DNA of 27,834 nucleotides, from contig NW_021835591.1 in NCBI RefSeq assembly GCF_006345805.1, positions 1 through 27,834 of the forward strand, given 5' to 3'. This stretch comes from Octopus sinensis. Lineage: Eukaryota. Under the pieces are notes generated by a model. It ran no database searches. It had not been told where the DNA came from and saw nothing but the letters and a program-made list of their open reading frames with translations. The position numbers and the translations under genes are program-made. This document shows, piece by piece, positions 1-11,278 of this stretch (position 1 is its first letter; each line of letters starts with the position of its first letter).

Positions 1-345
1 ATAATTAATATATATATATATATAAATATTGAGGGAGATAAATTAATATTATTTTTAATATCAATTTAAAACCAGTAGTCCAGCATTCAAAAATCTGAGA
101 AGTCAGGGCTGGCCTGCTAGGTAGCCGGCCGAATGCTAGAAGAAGACCATCAACGATCAAACTACAAGGGAAATTCTCTAGAGGAAGAATTTAGCGAACA
201 CCAGAACCAAATTTGGCGGGCAGGACATATGAAAATTTAAATATATATATATATATATATATCACACACACATTTGAATAGACATACGCGCGCACATATA
301 TTTATACATATACATTTATATGTATGTGTGTGTGTTGGGTATGTA

Positions 346-1223
346 TGCCGTTTAAAGATATTCCGCCCGTCGCTCCATTGTGAGTTCAAATTCCGCCGGG
401 GTCGACTTTCCCGTTTTACTTTCAAGGTCCAGCGAAACACTGGGATCGATGTATCCTCCACCACCAAATTTCAAGCCTTGTGCCTATAGTAGAAAGGGTT
501 ACAATTATTAGTATTATTGATGTTGTGTGTAATGCGACGTGCTTGTAGAATTTCAAGTGTCTGAAAGGCGGCGAGCTGGCAGAAACGTTAGCACGCCGGG
601 CGAAATGTTGAGCCGTATTTCGTCTGCCGTTACGTTCTGGGTTCAAATTCCGCCGAGGTCAACTTTGCCTTTCGTCCTTTCGGGGTCGATAAATTAAGTA
701 CCAGTTACGCACTGGGGTCGATGTAATCGACTTAATCTCTTTGTCTGTCCTTGTTTGTCCGGTCTGTGTTTAGCCCCTTGGGGGTAGTAAAGAAACAGGT
801 ATTTCGTCTGCCGCTACATTCTGAGTTCAAATTCCACCGAGGTCGACTTTCCCTTTCATCCTTTAGGGGTCGATAAAACAAGTACCAGTTGTGTACTGGG
901 GTCGATCAATTTCTCTGACCCTCTCCCCGTATTTCAGGCCTTGTGCCTATGGTAGAAAAGATTATTATATTATTATTATTATTATTATTATTATCAAGGC
1001 AGCGATCTGGCAGAATCATTAGCACGCCGACAAAATGCTTGGCGGTATTTTGTCCGTCTTTACGTTCTGAGATCAAATTTCTCCGAGGTGGACTTTGCCT
1101 TTCTTCCTTTCGAGGTCCATGAAATAAGTACCAGTTGAGCACTGAGGTCGATTTAATAGACTGCCCCCTCCCCCAAATTTCAAGCCTTGTGCCTATACTA
1201 GAAACGACTATTACTACAACTAC

Positions 1224-1274
<51 letters not shown>

Positions 1275-1631
1275 CATTATTACTATTAAGGCGGCGAGCT
1301 GGCAGAAACGTTAGCATGCCGGGCGAAATGCGTAGCCGTATTTCGTCTGCCGTTACGTTCTGAGTTCAAATTCCGCCGAGGTCGACTTTGCCTTTCATCC
1401 TTTCCGGGTCGATAAACTAAGTACCAGTTACACACTGGGGTCGATATAATCGACTTAATCCGTTTGTCTGTCCTTGTTTGTCCTCTCTGTGTTTAGCCCC
1501 TTGTGGGTAATAATAAAGAAATAGGTATTTCGGTCGTCGCTCCGTTCTGAGTTCAATTTCCGCCGAGGTCGGCTCTGCCTTTTATCTTTTCGTAGTCGAT
1601 AAATTAAGAACCAGTGAAACACTAGGGTCGA
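346..1631 (+). mobile_element. Head-to-tail cluster of six tRNA-derived SINE copies (Meta/MESC-like central domain): 346-498, 566-798, 799-960, 996-1208, 1288-1524, 1525-1631
   Basis: Repeated head AAGGCGGCGAGCTGGCAGAAACGTTAGC (A-box-like), B-box GAGTTCAAATTCC, and body GTCGACTTTGCCTTTCATCCTTTCGGGGTCGATAAATTAAGTACCAG. Two tail types: ...CCTTGTGCCTATAGTAGAAAG+(ATT)n and ...TTAGCCCCTTGTGGGTAATAAAGAAATA. The domain name is from memory, not a search. Confidence 0.85.
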
Positions 1632-2639
1632 AAGCCTACTCCATCAGAACCAAAGCCTCCTCCATTAGAAACCATCAAAAGCAGAAAATGAAACAAAATA
1701 AATTAGATAATTGCAGAATGAGAAAATGGATACCCGTCTGGCACGTCAAAGTAGATAACGCAAAAGCTTTTGACAACTTGGTGCCCATGTCAAGTCAAGG
1801 CATCATTATTTTACAAAACTGATAATTGTGTACTTCTAGAAAAGACAACATATTAATTGGTGGACTGTTTCTGATCAAATATTTCTCGATTCAATCGAGG
1901 AAGTTAATCTGGAATCAAACTGGAATCAAACTAACGTCTAGTCCATCATTACTTAATAGTCAAATGCAGGTGAACAGTGAGAATTAAAACGATAACATAC
2001 ATATTCATTCTTAATGTGTTGCAACAGATTCGAACGTGTATATGCTAATCACTCTTGTATCTCGTCGGTGGAGAATAACTTTTTGTTTCCGACGAATGTG
2101 TGTGTTCATAATACAGTTGACTAGTGTATTCACGTTCCAATCAGCCGGAATGAGTATGTGAATCATCATTTTCCTTCGTTATTTGGAGGTTTGTATTACC
2201 TAAATAACGTATTTACTATGAGTTATTTTAGGGTCTAGTGTATTGGCTATGAGTGGATTCTGTAACTGTTAAGCCTACAGAATACAAAATACGAACCAGC
2301 AACCAATAAACGAAAAAAATATTTGATAAAATACCATTAAATTATAAACAAAACTAGTTTTAAAGAACCCGACAAATGTAAAATTAGCATTACTTAATTA
2401 TCAAATAAAAGAAAAACGTTCTATTTAAACATCATCAACTAAAACAGTAACGATAAACACAGCGACAAAGATAGAAGCAAGTATTACAACTCTATTTTGT
2501 AAAATAATGACGCCATGATTGCAGATGGCTGCCAAGCTGTCAGTGGAACGTTGTCAGTGGAAATAATTTATTCTATTATCTACTCTAACTTGACAGGCAG
2601 CACCCGTTATGCAATAGTCCTTTTGGCACATCATGCTAC

Positions 2640-2697
2640 GTACATATATGTGTAAGTGTGCGTGTGTTATGTATGTATTATGTAGATATATATATAG

Positions 2698-2736
<39 letters not shown>

Positions 2737-2907
2737 TATATACAGACACACACATATATACACATATATGTATATACATACACATATTCAAATATACATA
2801 TATATGCATATATATATATATATATATATATATGAACAAATATATATGTATACACACACATATATATGTATATATACAAACATAGGTGTATTTAATTATT
2901 TATATAC

Positions 2908-2953
<46 letters not shown>

Positions 2954-3348
2954 ATATAACACACACACACTACAAAACTATATACATTTCTACATACCTA
3001 AGTACTTATACTTCAAACACATTGACAAATATGCACGTATATATGTGCGTATATGTAGATATATACATACAGACGCATGCTAGCGCAAATATATATATAT
3101 ACGTATACATTATAGATCATGTATATTTTTAGATGCATCAGATGAGTGTATATGTTCATATATACATATGTGTGTGTGAGTATATATATATGTATATACA
3201 TATATATATATGTATGTATATAAATATGTATATATATAGTTATGTATATATATGTATATATATATACATGTGCATATGTATATACATATATATACATGTT
3301 TATACGTATATATATATATACATATATATACGTATATATATATGTATA

Positions 3349-3385
<37 letters not shown>

Positions 3386-3610
3386 TAATAAATAGAAACA
3401 TATGCATATATATAAACATATATGTACGTACCTACCTCTACATGTACATATACACGCATATATGTGTACAGGACACCAAAAAGACGTCGAACACATAGAG
3501 AGACGAAACACATAGACACAAAACAAGGAACAGACAGCAAAAAGATATATACTAATATATATACTATATATATATATATAAATATAAAGATATATATATA
3601 TATATATATA

Positions 3611-3678
<68 letters not shown>

Positions 3679-3712
3679 ATATATATAGATATATATATAC
3701 ATATATATATGC
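2640..3712. repeat. Compound (TA)n/(TATG)/(CA)n low-complexity tract including (TAGA)n at 3612-3676
   Basis: Seen directly; the overlapping Y/I-rich ORFs are artefacts. Confidence 0.95.
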
Positions 3713-4224
3713 ATGCTTGTTTAGAGACAGAGAGAGGAATGGTAAGGGTATGAATTACGTATATTTATACATAACACGCTTATACACTTATACACGTCAC
3801 ATAGCACATACTTATCATGCATATACTAAGGTGTACTTTGAAAATGTTTTTGTTGTTTTTCCTTTTTTTTATTTTTCTTTACATCAATTCACAATACTTC
3901 TAGAACATCGACACACAAAACCATGGATCCCAAACAATTTTAACACGTAAACACCGATATCTCTTGAATTATACAACACCACAGAATTTTACCCGTTAAA
4001 TTCCACACAATTCAAAAGCACAAAGTACAAATATTTCTCACCCATGATATGTAAAAGCAAAATGCTTGAATATCTCTGCAACAGGATTTATAGCTCAGTG
4101 TTATTGCGTTTGAGATTCAGCAGATTCGTAGCAACCATTTCATTGAGTACATTTGCATTTCTTAAGTCATCGCCCGTCGCTTTTACAGATTTCTGATGGT
4201 CGTCGTTGTCGTCGCAGTCGTTCT

Positions 4225-4320
4225 TGTTTTTGCTGTTGTTGTTGTTATTGTTGATGTGTTGTTGTTGTTGTTGTTGTTGTTGTTGCTGGTGGTGGTGGTG
4301 GTGGTGTCGTCGTTATTGTT
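4225..4320. repeat. (GTT)n/(GGT)n trinucleotide microsatellite
   Basis: Seen directly. Confidence 0.9.
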
Positions 4321-4355
4321 GTGGTTAGTGGTGTCGCTGCTACTCTTTACTAGTA

Positions 4356-4590
4356 GAGCCGCAATGGCCCTGTGGTTAGGGCAGCGCACTCGCGATCATA
4401 GGATCGCTGTTTCGATTCCCAGACCGGGCGTTGTAAGTGCTTAGTGAACGAAAACACGTAAACGCTCCACGAGGCTCCAGCAGGGAGTGGTGGCGAACTC
4501 TGCTCTACTCTTTCACCACAACTTTCTCTCACTCATTCTTCCTGTTTCTGTTGTACCTCTATTTCAAAGGGCCAGCCTTGTCCCACTCTA
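4356..4590 (+). mobile_element. 3'-truncated copy of the second tRNA-derived SINE family (same family as 19481 and 27086)
   Basis: Head GCAATGGCCCTGTGGTTAGGGCAGCG...GTTTCGATTCCCAGACCGGGCG aligns with the full copies. The copy ends at a (TA)n tract. Confidence 0.9.
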
Positions 4591-4633
4591 TATGTATGTA
4601 TGTATATATATATATATACATATATATATAATA

Positions 4634-4912
4634 TTACATTATATAAAAGGGCTTAGTAAAATAAATTACTTTGCCGCATACTGAACTCATTAGAAATAGT
4701 AGCTAAAAAAACTTTTTTTAAACTATTTCTAATACTTAAAGAAAACCTCTCTCATATAGTGCTTGCTCAATTAACCCACGAAAGTATGGGGGTAAAGACA
4801 TTAAAAAATCAAATGCAAAGGTTATTTGAGAACGTACGTTTCAAGATTAGTCAACTCGACATTTCTATCATCAGCTCAGAACTCCTTGGTTTGGATTTCA
4901 ATTGTTGAAATT
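4634..4912 (-). mobile_element. Non-coding hammerhead-carrying repeat (family H1), diverged relative of 7911-8192
   Basis: Colinear similarity to the left arm and spacer of the 7911 element (GGGCT[T/C]AGTAAAATAA.TTACTTT...TAGAAATAG). Flanked by (TA)n on both sides. Confidence 0.7.
4827..4878 (-). ncRNA. Minimal type I hammerhead ribozyme (H1a)
   Basis: Minus strand reads TGAG-CTGATGA-stem II (AGA..GTC/GAC..TCT)-GAAA-palindromic ACGTACGT-T|CTCA. Helix I is TGAG/CTCA and the cleavage triplet is GUU. Confidence 0.7.
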
Positions 4913-4937
4913 ATATATATATATATATATATATATT

Positions 4938-5180
4938 TATGTGTGTGTCTTTGTTTCTTTGTTTGTACCCCACCGTCATTCCTTGACAACCGATGCTGGT
5001 GTATTTACATCCTCGTAGCCTAGCGTTTCGAAAATGGAAATCGATAGAATAAGTACTAGGTTTACAAAATATAAGTCCTGGGGATCGATTTCTTTGACTA
5101 AAAAGTTCTTTAAAGCGATGCTCTAGCATGGCCGCAGTCACACGCCTGAAACAAGTAAAAAATATAGAAAATAAAAGAAC
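4938..5180 (+). mobile_element. 3' half of the CORE-like SINE (same family as 24361-24770)
   Basis: CTTGACAACCGATGCTGGTG...GATAGAATAAGTACTAGG...CATGGCCGCAGTC...GAAACAAGTAAAA matches the reverse complement of 24361-24560. Confidence 0.8.
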
Positions 5181-5753
5181 AGTCCATGAAGCAATATCTA
5201 TGATGTAGTTACGATTGCTATTTAACTCAAATGTACGTAGGCTGATGAATGAAGTGTAAATGTTAGCAGAATAGTATTGATTTCATTTTAAGCTCAGTTC
5301 ACCTTAAGGTTTTAATGACTTAGTCGAAGGTAGGAGGTCAGTGCCCATGACTCATGTCAGGGACACTGTAATTGATGTCAAGAAGGGAAGATGTTATTCT
5401 CAGATTAAAAACCAGATCTGATTAAAAACACTGGTTCTGAAATACACAAAGTTCTGCAAATAGCCCCAAAGGCCTTACATAGAGTTTCTGTTCGCCAAAG
5501 TTCATACCCTTGGTAGCTCCATGTCTTTCGTAGAAGAAACTTGTTCAATGTGAAGCAAGATAGTGTGGAACCTAAACCATGTAGTTGCAAAGCGAACTTC
5601 TTAACCAAACTGCTATGTATCCCTGCACGCGTTCTAGAACATTATATGCGACATGTGAGTGTTTTATCTGCTGTTTCAGTCCCCCCCCCCAAAAAAAGAC
5701 TTCAGCAGTATACAAAGCATTGAGGCTATATTACAATCTAAACCTAGAACTCT

Positions 5754-6480
5754 TTCTAATACGTACACTACACAATTCTAATGCGTACACCATACATTTC
5801 TAATGCGTACACCACACATTTCTAATGCGTAAGCCACACATTTGTAATGTATACACTACATATTTCTAATGTGTACATCACACATTTTAATGCGTACGCC
5901 ACACACTTCTAATGCGTAAACCACACATTTCTAATGCGTACACCACACATTTCTAATGCGTAAGCCACACATTTGTAATGTATACACTACATATTTCTAA
6001 TGTGTACATCACACATTTTAATGCGTACGCCACACACTTCTAATGCGTAAACCACACATTTCTAATGCGTACACCACACATTTCTAATGCGTAAGCCACA
6101 CATTTGTAATGTATACACTACATATTTCTAATGTGTACATCACACATTTTAATGCGTACGCCACACACTTCTAATGCGTAAACCACACATTTCTAATGCG
6201 TACACCACACATTTCTGATGCACCCCACTTTTCTAATGCGTATATCGCACATTTCTAATGTGCACATCACACGTTTTCAATTTTCCCACCACACTTGTCT
6301 AATGTGTATATCGTACATTTCTAATGCGCACATCACACGTTCTAATTCTAATGTGTACCACACACATTTCTAATGAGTACACCACGTGTTTCTAATGCGT
6401 ACACCACGCGTTTCTACTGCGTACACCACACGTTTTTAATGCGTACATAGCGCCTTTCTAATGCATACAGCACACATTTC
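5754..6480. repeat. 22-bp minisatellite (TTCTAATGCGTACACCACACAT), about 33 units, with three 131-bp higher-order repeats at 5798-6190
   Basis: The variant TCTAATGCGTAAGCC recurs at 5821, 5952 and 6083, a period of 131 bp (5x22 + 21). Confidence 0.95.
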
Positions 6481-6970
6481 TTATTATTGCTCTCTTCTCA
6501 GTCCATGCCCAAATTGGGCACAATTCTTGCTCATGTACCAAACATTAGAGCAAACAGAGTAAAGAGTATAGTGCAATACTATTACAATGAGACAACAAAA
6601 TGAAAGAATATTGAACACAACCTACAAAGAAAAAGACATCTTATTAATTCTATATGTAAATCATTTACTAAGTTTACTCCAAAATAATATCGGGTACATA
6701 AACTTTAGGGAGGATATTAGAAGACGACAACTGAAGGATCACGATTTCAACCTAATTAGTTCTCACTTACCGTGAATGAGCTGAACTGTAAATACAGCTG
6801 CAAATATACGAACTTGCTTGCATATCTTTCACACAACAAATTTACCAGTAAAGCATGAAGTAACGAAACCAATGTTTAAATAACCGTTTTAAGATGAGGT
6901 TTTCCGAGCATGAAATACGCGAGCAACATGTGCCGTGATTAACGCTGCAAAGAGTCTTGGTATACAAACA

Positions 6971-7032
<62 letters not shown>

Positions 7033-7182
7033 CACACACACACAAACACAAACATATTATATACTATCTTATATATATTATATACCTATATATACATTTC
7101 TACATATATCTTTATATATATATTATCTCTTTATATACATAATATATATTTGCATATATAATATATATATAATATATAGATA

Positions 7183-7214
<32 letters not shown>

Positions 7215-7617
7215 CATATATACGTATATATATGATATATATATATATAAGATATATATATGTATATATATATTTATATATATATATATATATAATATAT
7301 ATACATATACATATATAATTTATATTAACATCTATACGTATATATAGATATTTCTATATATATATATATATACATATAGATACATATATATACATTATAT
7401 ATACATATACTATATAGATATATACCATATACATATATATATATATATCTATTAACGTATATATATATATATATATAACATATATATACATATACATTAT
7501 ATATACATATATATACATATCATATATATATATATATACATATATATGTATATATAATATATAACATATATATACATATAATAAATATACATATATATAT
7601 ATATATACATATATACG

Positions 7618-7648
<31 letters not shown>

Positions 7649-7682
7649 CGTGTATATATTTATATATATATATGTGTATATT

Positions 7683-7715
<33 letters not shown>

Positions 7716-7830
7716 ATATATATATATCTTATAATAAATTAAATATATATATATAATATATATATATCTTTATATATATACATATGTATATATATATTTA
7801 TATATATATATATATTTATTATCAATAATA
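6971..7830. repeat. (TC)n followed by a long (TA)-rich low-complexity tract
   Basis: Seen directly. Confidence 0.95.
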
Positions 7831-7910
7831 AAAGGGTAAAATCAATTAACTATTAATTAATTTCACCAAGTAGTGTTCAGTATGTAAAAGGACCAGTCAA
7901 GGTATATTTA

Positions 7911-8350
7911 AAATATTACGTTATATAATTAGGGCTCAGTAAAATAATTTACTTTACCACACACTGAAACTTTTAGAAATAGCAGCCAAAAAGTTTTTTT
8001 AGCTATTTCTTCTACTATAAGAAAAGTCTCCCAGATAGTGTTTACACAAAAATAATTCACGCAGATATGGAGGGGAAAATAACAAAATATCACATGTACA
8101 AAGATCATTTGAGAACGTTACGTTTCTGGATTAGTTGAATTTAAAACTCAACATTTCCTTCGTCAGCTCAACATTTCTTATATTTGGATTTGCATATCTG
8201 CGTGAATTATTTTTGAGTAAACACTATCTGGGAGACTTTTCTTATAGTAGAAGAAATATCTAAAAAACTTTTTGGCTGCTATTTCTAAAAGTTTCAGTGT
8301 GTGGCAAAGTAAATTATTTTACTGAGCCCTAATTATATAACGTAATATTT
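7911..8350. mobile_element. Inverted-repeat element (arms 7911-8069 and 8193-8350, about 158 bp, about 4 differences) with a hammerhead in the 123-bp spacer
   Basis: The arms are near-perfect reverse complements from AAATATTACG to GCAGATATG. The right arm runs straight into a (TA)n tract. Confidence 0.85.
8109..8171 (-). ncRNA. Minimal type I hammerhead ribozyme (H1b)
   Basis: Minus strand reads TTGAG-CTGACGA-A-GGA.AAT.GTTGA/loop/TCAAC.TAA.TCC-A-GAAA-CGTAACGT-T|CTCAA. Helix I is TTGAG/CTCAA (5 bp) and the cleavage triplet is GUU. Confidence 0.75.
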
Positions 8351-8448
8351 ATATATGTAATATTTATATATATATTTATATACATATATCTTTATATATC
8401 TATATATATATATATATATTATAATATAATATATATATTATATATTAT

Positions 8449-8492
<44 letters not shown>

Positions 8493-8630
8493 CATTTATC
8501 TTTCTATATATATATATATATGTGTGTATATATATATACATAATCTTTAATATATATACATACATACATATATATATGTTTATATTTATATTTAATTTTC
8601 AATTTCATATATTATATATTATATTTTTAC

Positions 8631-8692
<62 letters not shown>
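8351..8692. repeat. (TA)-rich microsatellite tract
   Basis: Seen directly. Confidence 0.95.
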
Positions 8693-8693
<1 letters not shown>

Positions 8694-9930
8694 GCAAAAT
8701 GAAGGAACGGCCATAATAGGCCATTCACCCACTAAAAAAACAGCCAAAGCTTCAACCGCAAAACAACATTAATTCCGCAAACCAGGAGAAAATTTAAAAA
8801 ACATTTACCCTGTAGTTCTTTATACGATGCACCGTTTCATCTCTTGTTTAATGGTAAACCAACCTGATTAAATTAAATCAAGCTAATTTTCCATAGGCCG
8901 ATAGATTCATCAGTAAAGAACAGCCAGATCGGAGCAGATATTTACACGAGGCACTTCCATCACTGTCTCGGCAATATCTGACCTAAAATTTTCAAATCAT
9001 CGCACTCGCGCCAAATTCATCGGCAGCAAATATAAGCCGCCGATTCCATTACGGAATTAACCAGAAAATTCATAATTAATCAATATAGGGTAGCAAAAAA
9101 TTTCGTAGAATCTTTTGCCACCAGCGGCCTAGTGGGAAAAAATTAAATAGTCATAGACCATTTATAAATTCAACAGCAAAATCAAGGAACGGCCATAATA
9201 GGCCAACACCACTAGAAATAACAGCCAAAGCTTCAACCGCAAAACAACATAATCCGCAAACCAGGAGGAAAATTAAAAAAACATTTACCTGTAGTTCTTT
9301 ATACGATGCACCGTTTCATCTCTGTTTAATGGTAAACCAACCTGATTAAATTAAATCAGCTAATTTTCCATAGGCGATAGATTCATCAGTAAAGAACGGC
9401 CAGATCGGAGCATTTATTTGTTGAATTTATAAATGGTCTATGACTATTTAATTTTTCCCACTAGGCCGCTGGTGGCAAAGAATTCAACAAATAAAATGCT
9501 CCGATCTGCCGTTCTTTAATGATGAATCTATCGGCCTATGGAAAATTAGCTTGATTTAATTTAATCAGGTGGTGTTCCCATAAACAAGAGATGAAACGGT
9601 GCATCGTATAAAGAACTACAGGGTAAATGTTTTTTTTAATTTTCTCTGGTTTGCGGAATTAATGTTGTTTTGCGGTTGAAGCTTTGGCTGTTATTTCTAG
9701 TGGGTGAATGGCCTATTATGGCCGTTCTTGATTTTGCTGTTGAATTTATAATGGTATTATTTAATTTGTTCATGACTGATTAATTTTTTTCCACTGAGCC
9801 GCTGGTGGCAAAAGAATTCTACGAAATTTTTTGCCACCCTATATTGATTAATATGAATTTTCTGGTTAATTCCGTAATGGAATCGGCGGCTTATATTGCT
9901 GCCGATGAATTTGGCGCGAGTGCGATGATT
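8693..9930. repeat. Complex tandem plus fold-back repeat of an unidentified ~480-bp unit
   Basis: Direct copies at 8693-8936 and 9175-9412. Inverted arms at 8995-9427 and 9481-9930. The spacer 9428-9480 is itself an inverted copy of about 9113-9172. Confidence 0.85.
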
Positions 9931-11061
9931 ATATACACAGATATATAACACCTACACACACAACGCACACACACAACACACACAACACACACACACACAA
10001 CAAACACACGCACACATACATATAATATAAATATCACACAAATACAACTAGCATATATACACATACAATACACACATACAGCATGTTAAATAATACACAA
10101 ACACAATATATGCATGCAATATACATACGCAATACATACATATAATATATATATATATAGACAATGCATATACATATATACATATATACATATAGATAGT
10201 GCTTACATACACATACATAGATATACCACATCTACACACAATATACATACATACAATGCATGCACATACACGTACGCACATACATATACTATATATATAT
10301 ACACACAACACATAACATACATACACAATGATACATATATATACACGCAATGCATATACATGTATTAATGCATATATAGCACACCTACAATATACATATA
10401 TACAATGCACACATACACACACATATATACACTTAATTGTACACATACATATACAATAACACATACATACAATATACATATAGACATATAGACAATGCGC
10501 ATGCAAAAATGTACATGTTATATACACACATAACATGCAATAAATATACACACACACACATACACACACACATATATATATACATATATATATATATATA
10601 ACCACACATACATACTACATACATGCACATACATATATTTTTTCACACACATACACACACATATATATATATAAATTCCCCCCCACCCACACACAAATTA
10701 CAAACCTATAGCGTACACACTCAAATATATTTCTACATACCGCACACACACACAACAAAGTACTAACATATACATACATACCATGCATATACACACACAA
10801 CACACACACACATATATATATATATATATTATATAAACAAATACACATGTAAATACATACACACGTACACAATGCTCACACACACACCACACACATACAC
10901 ACACACCCGCACACCACAACACACACCACACCACATATATACACACGTGCACACACACACACAACGCGCGCGCACACACACATATATACACACACACGCA
11001 CACAGTGCACACACACACACCACATATATATATACACCCCCGCGCACCACACACACAACGT

Positions 11062-11093
<32 letters not shown>

Positions 11094-11110
11094 CACTCAC
11101 ACACATACAT
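9931..11110. repeat. Scrambled (CA)/(TA)/(CG) low-complexity tract
   Basis: Seen directly; it is the source of the many C/V/Y ORFs. Confidence 0.9.
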
Positions 11111-11278
11111 CACCTACATATATATAATGCATGCGTGTGCATGCCACGTATGTGTGCGGTCAATGCCCGCTAGTGTGTCCTATGCGTGCCGATGCGCGCA
11201 TGTGCCCGCCCGCACGATATGCTGTGAGCGTGCGCGCGTCCCTGTGTGCTTGCTCTGGATGTGTTTCCAGGGGGTATG

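Noticed and set aside
2554-3714. Long ORFs of up to 233 aa rich in Y/I/M/C
   Set aside because: They are translations of (TA)n/(TG)n microsatellites. The same applies to ORFs at 6935-7318, 10034-11113 and 12286-12578.
5231-5275. CTGATGA hammerhead-like core start
   Set aside because: No properly spaced GAAA, helix II or helix I partner follows.
5754-6480. Regular array resembling CRISPR or a C2H2 zinc-finger array
   Set aside because: There are no unique spacers, the period is not a multiple of 3, there is no ORF, and the context is eukaryotic.
8880-8920. Minus-strand CTGATGA...GAAA in the fold-back unit
   Set aside because: The intervening ATCTATCGGCCTATG cannot form helix II, and there is no helix III or NUH site.
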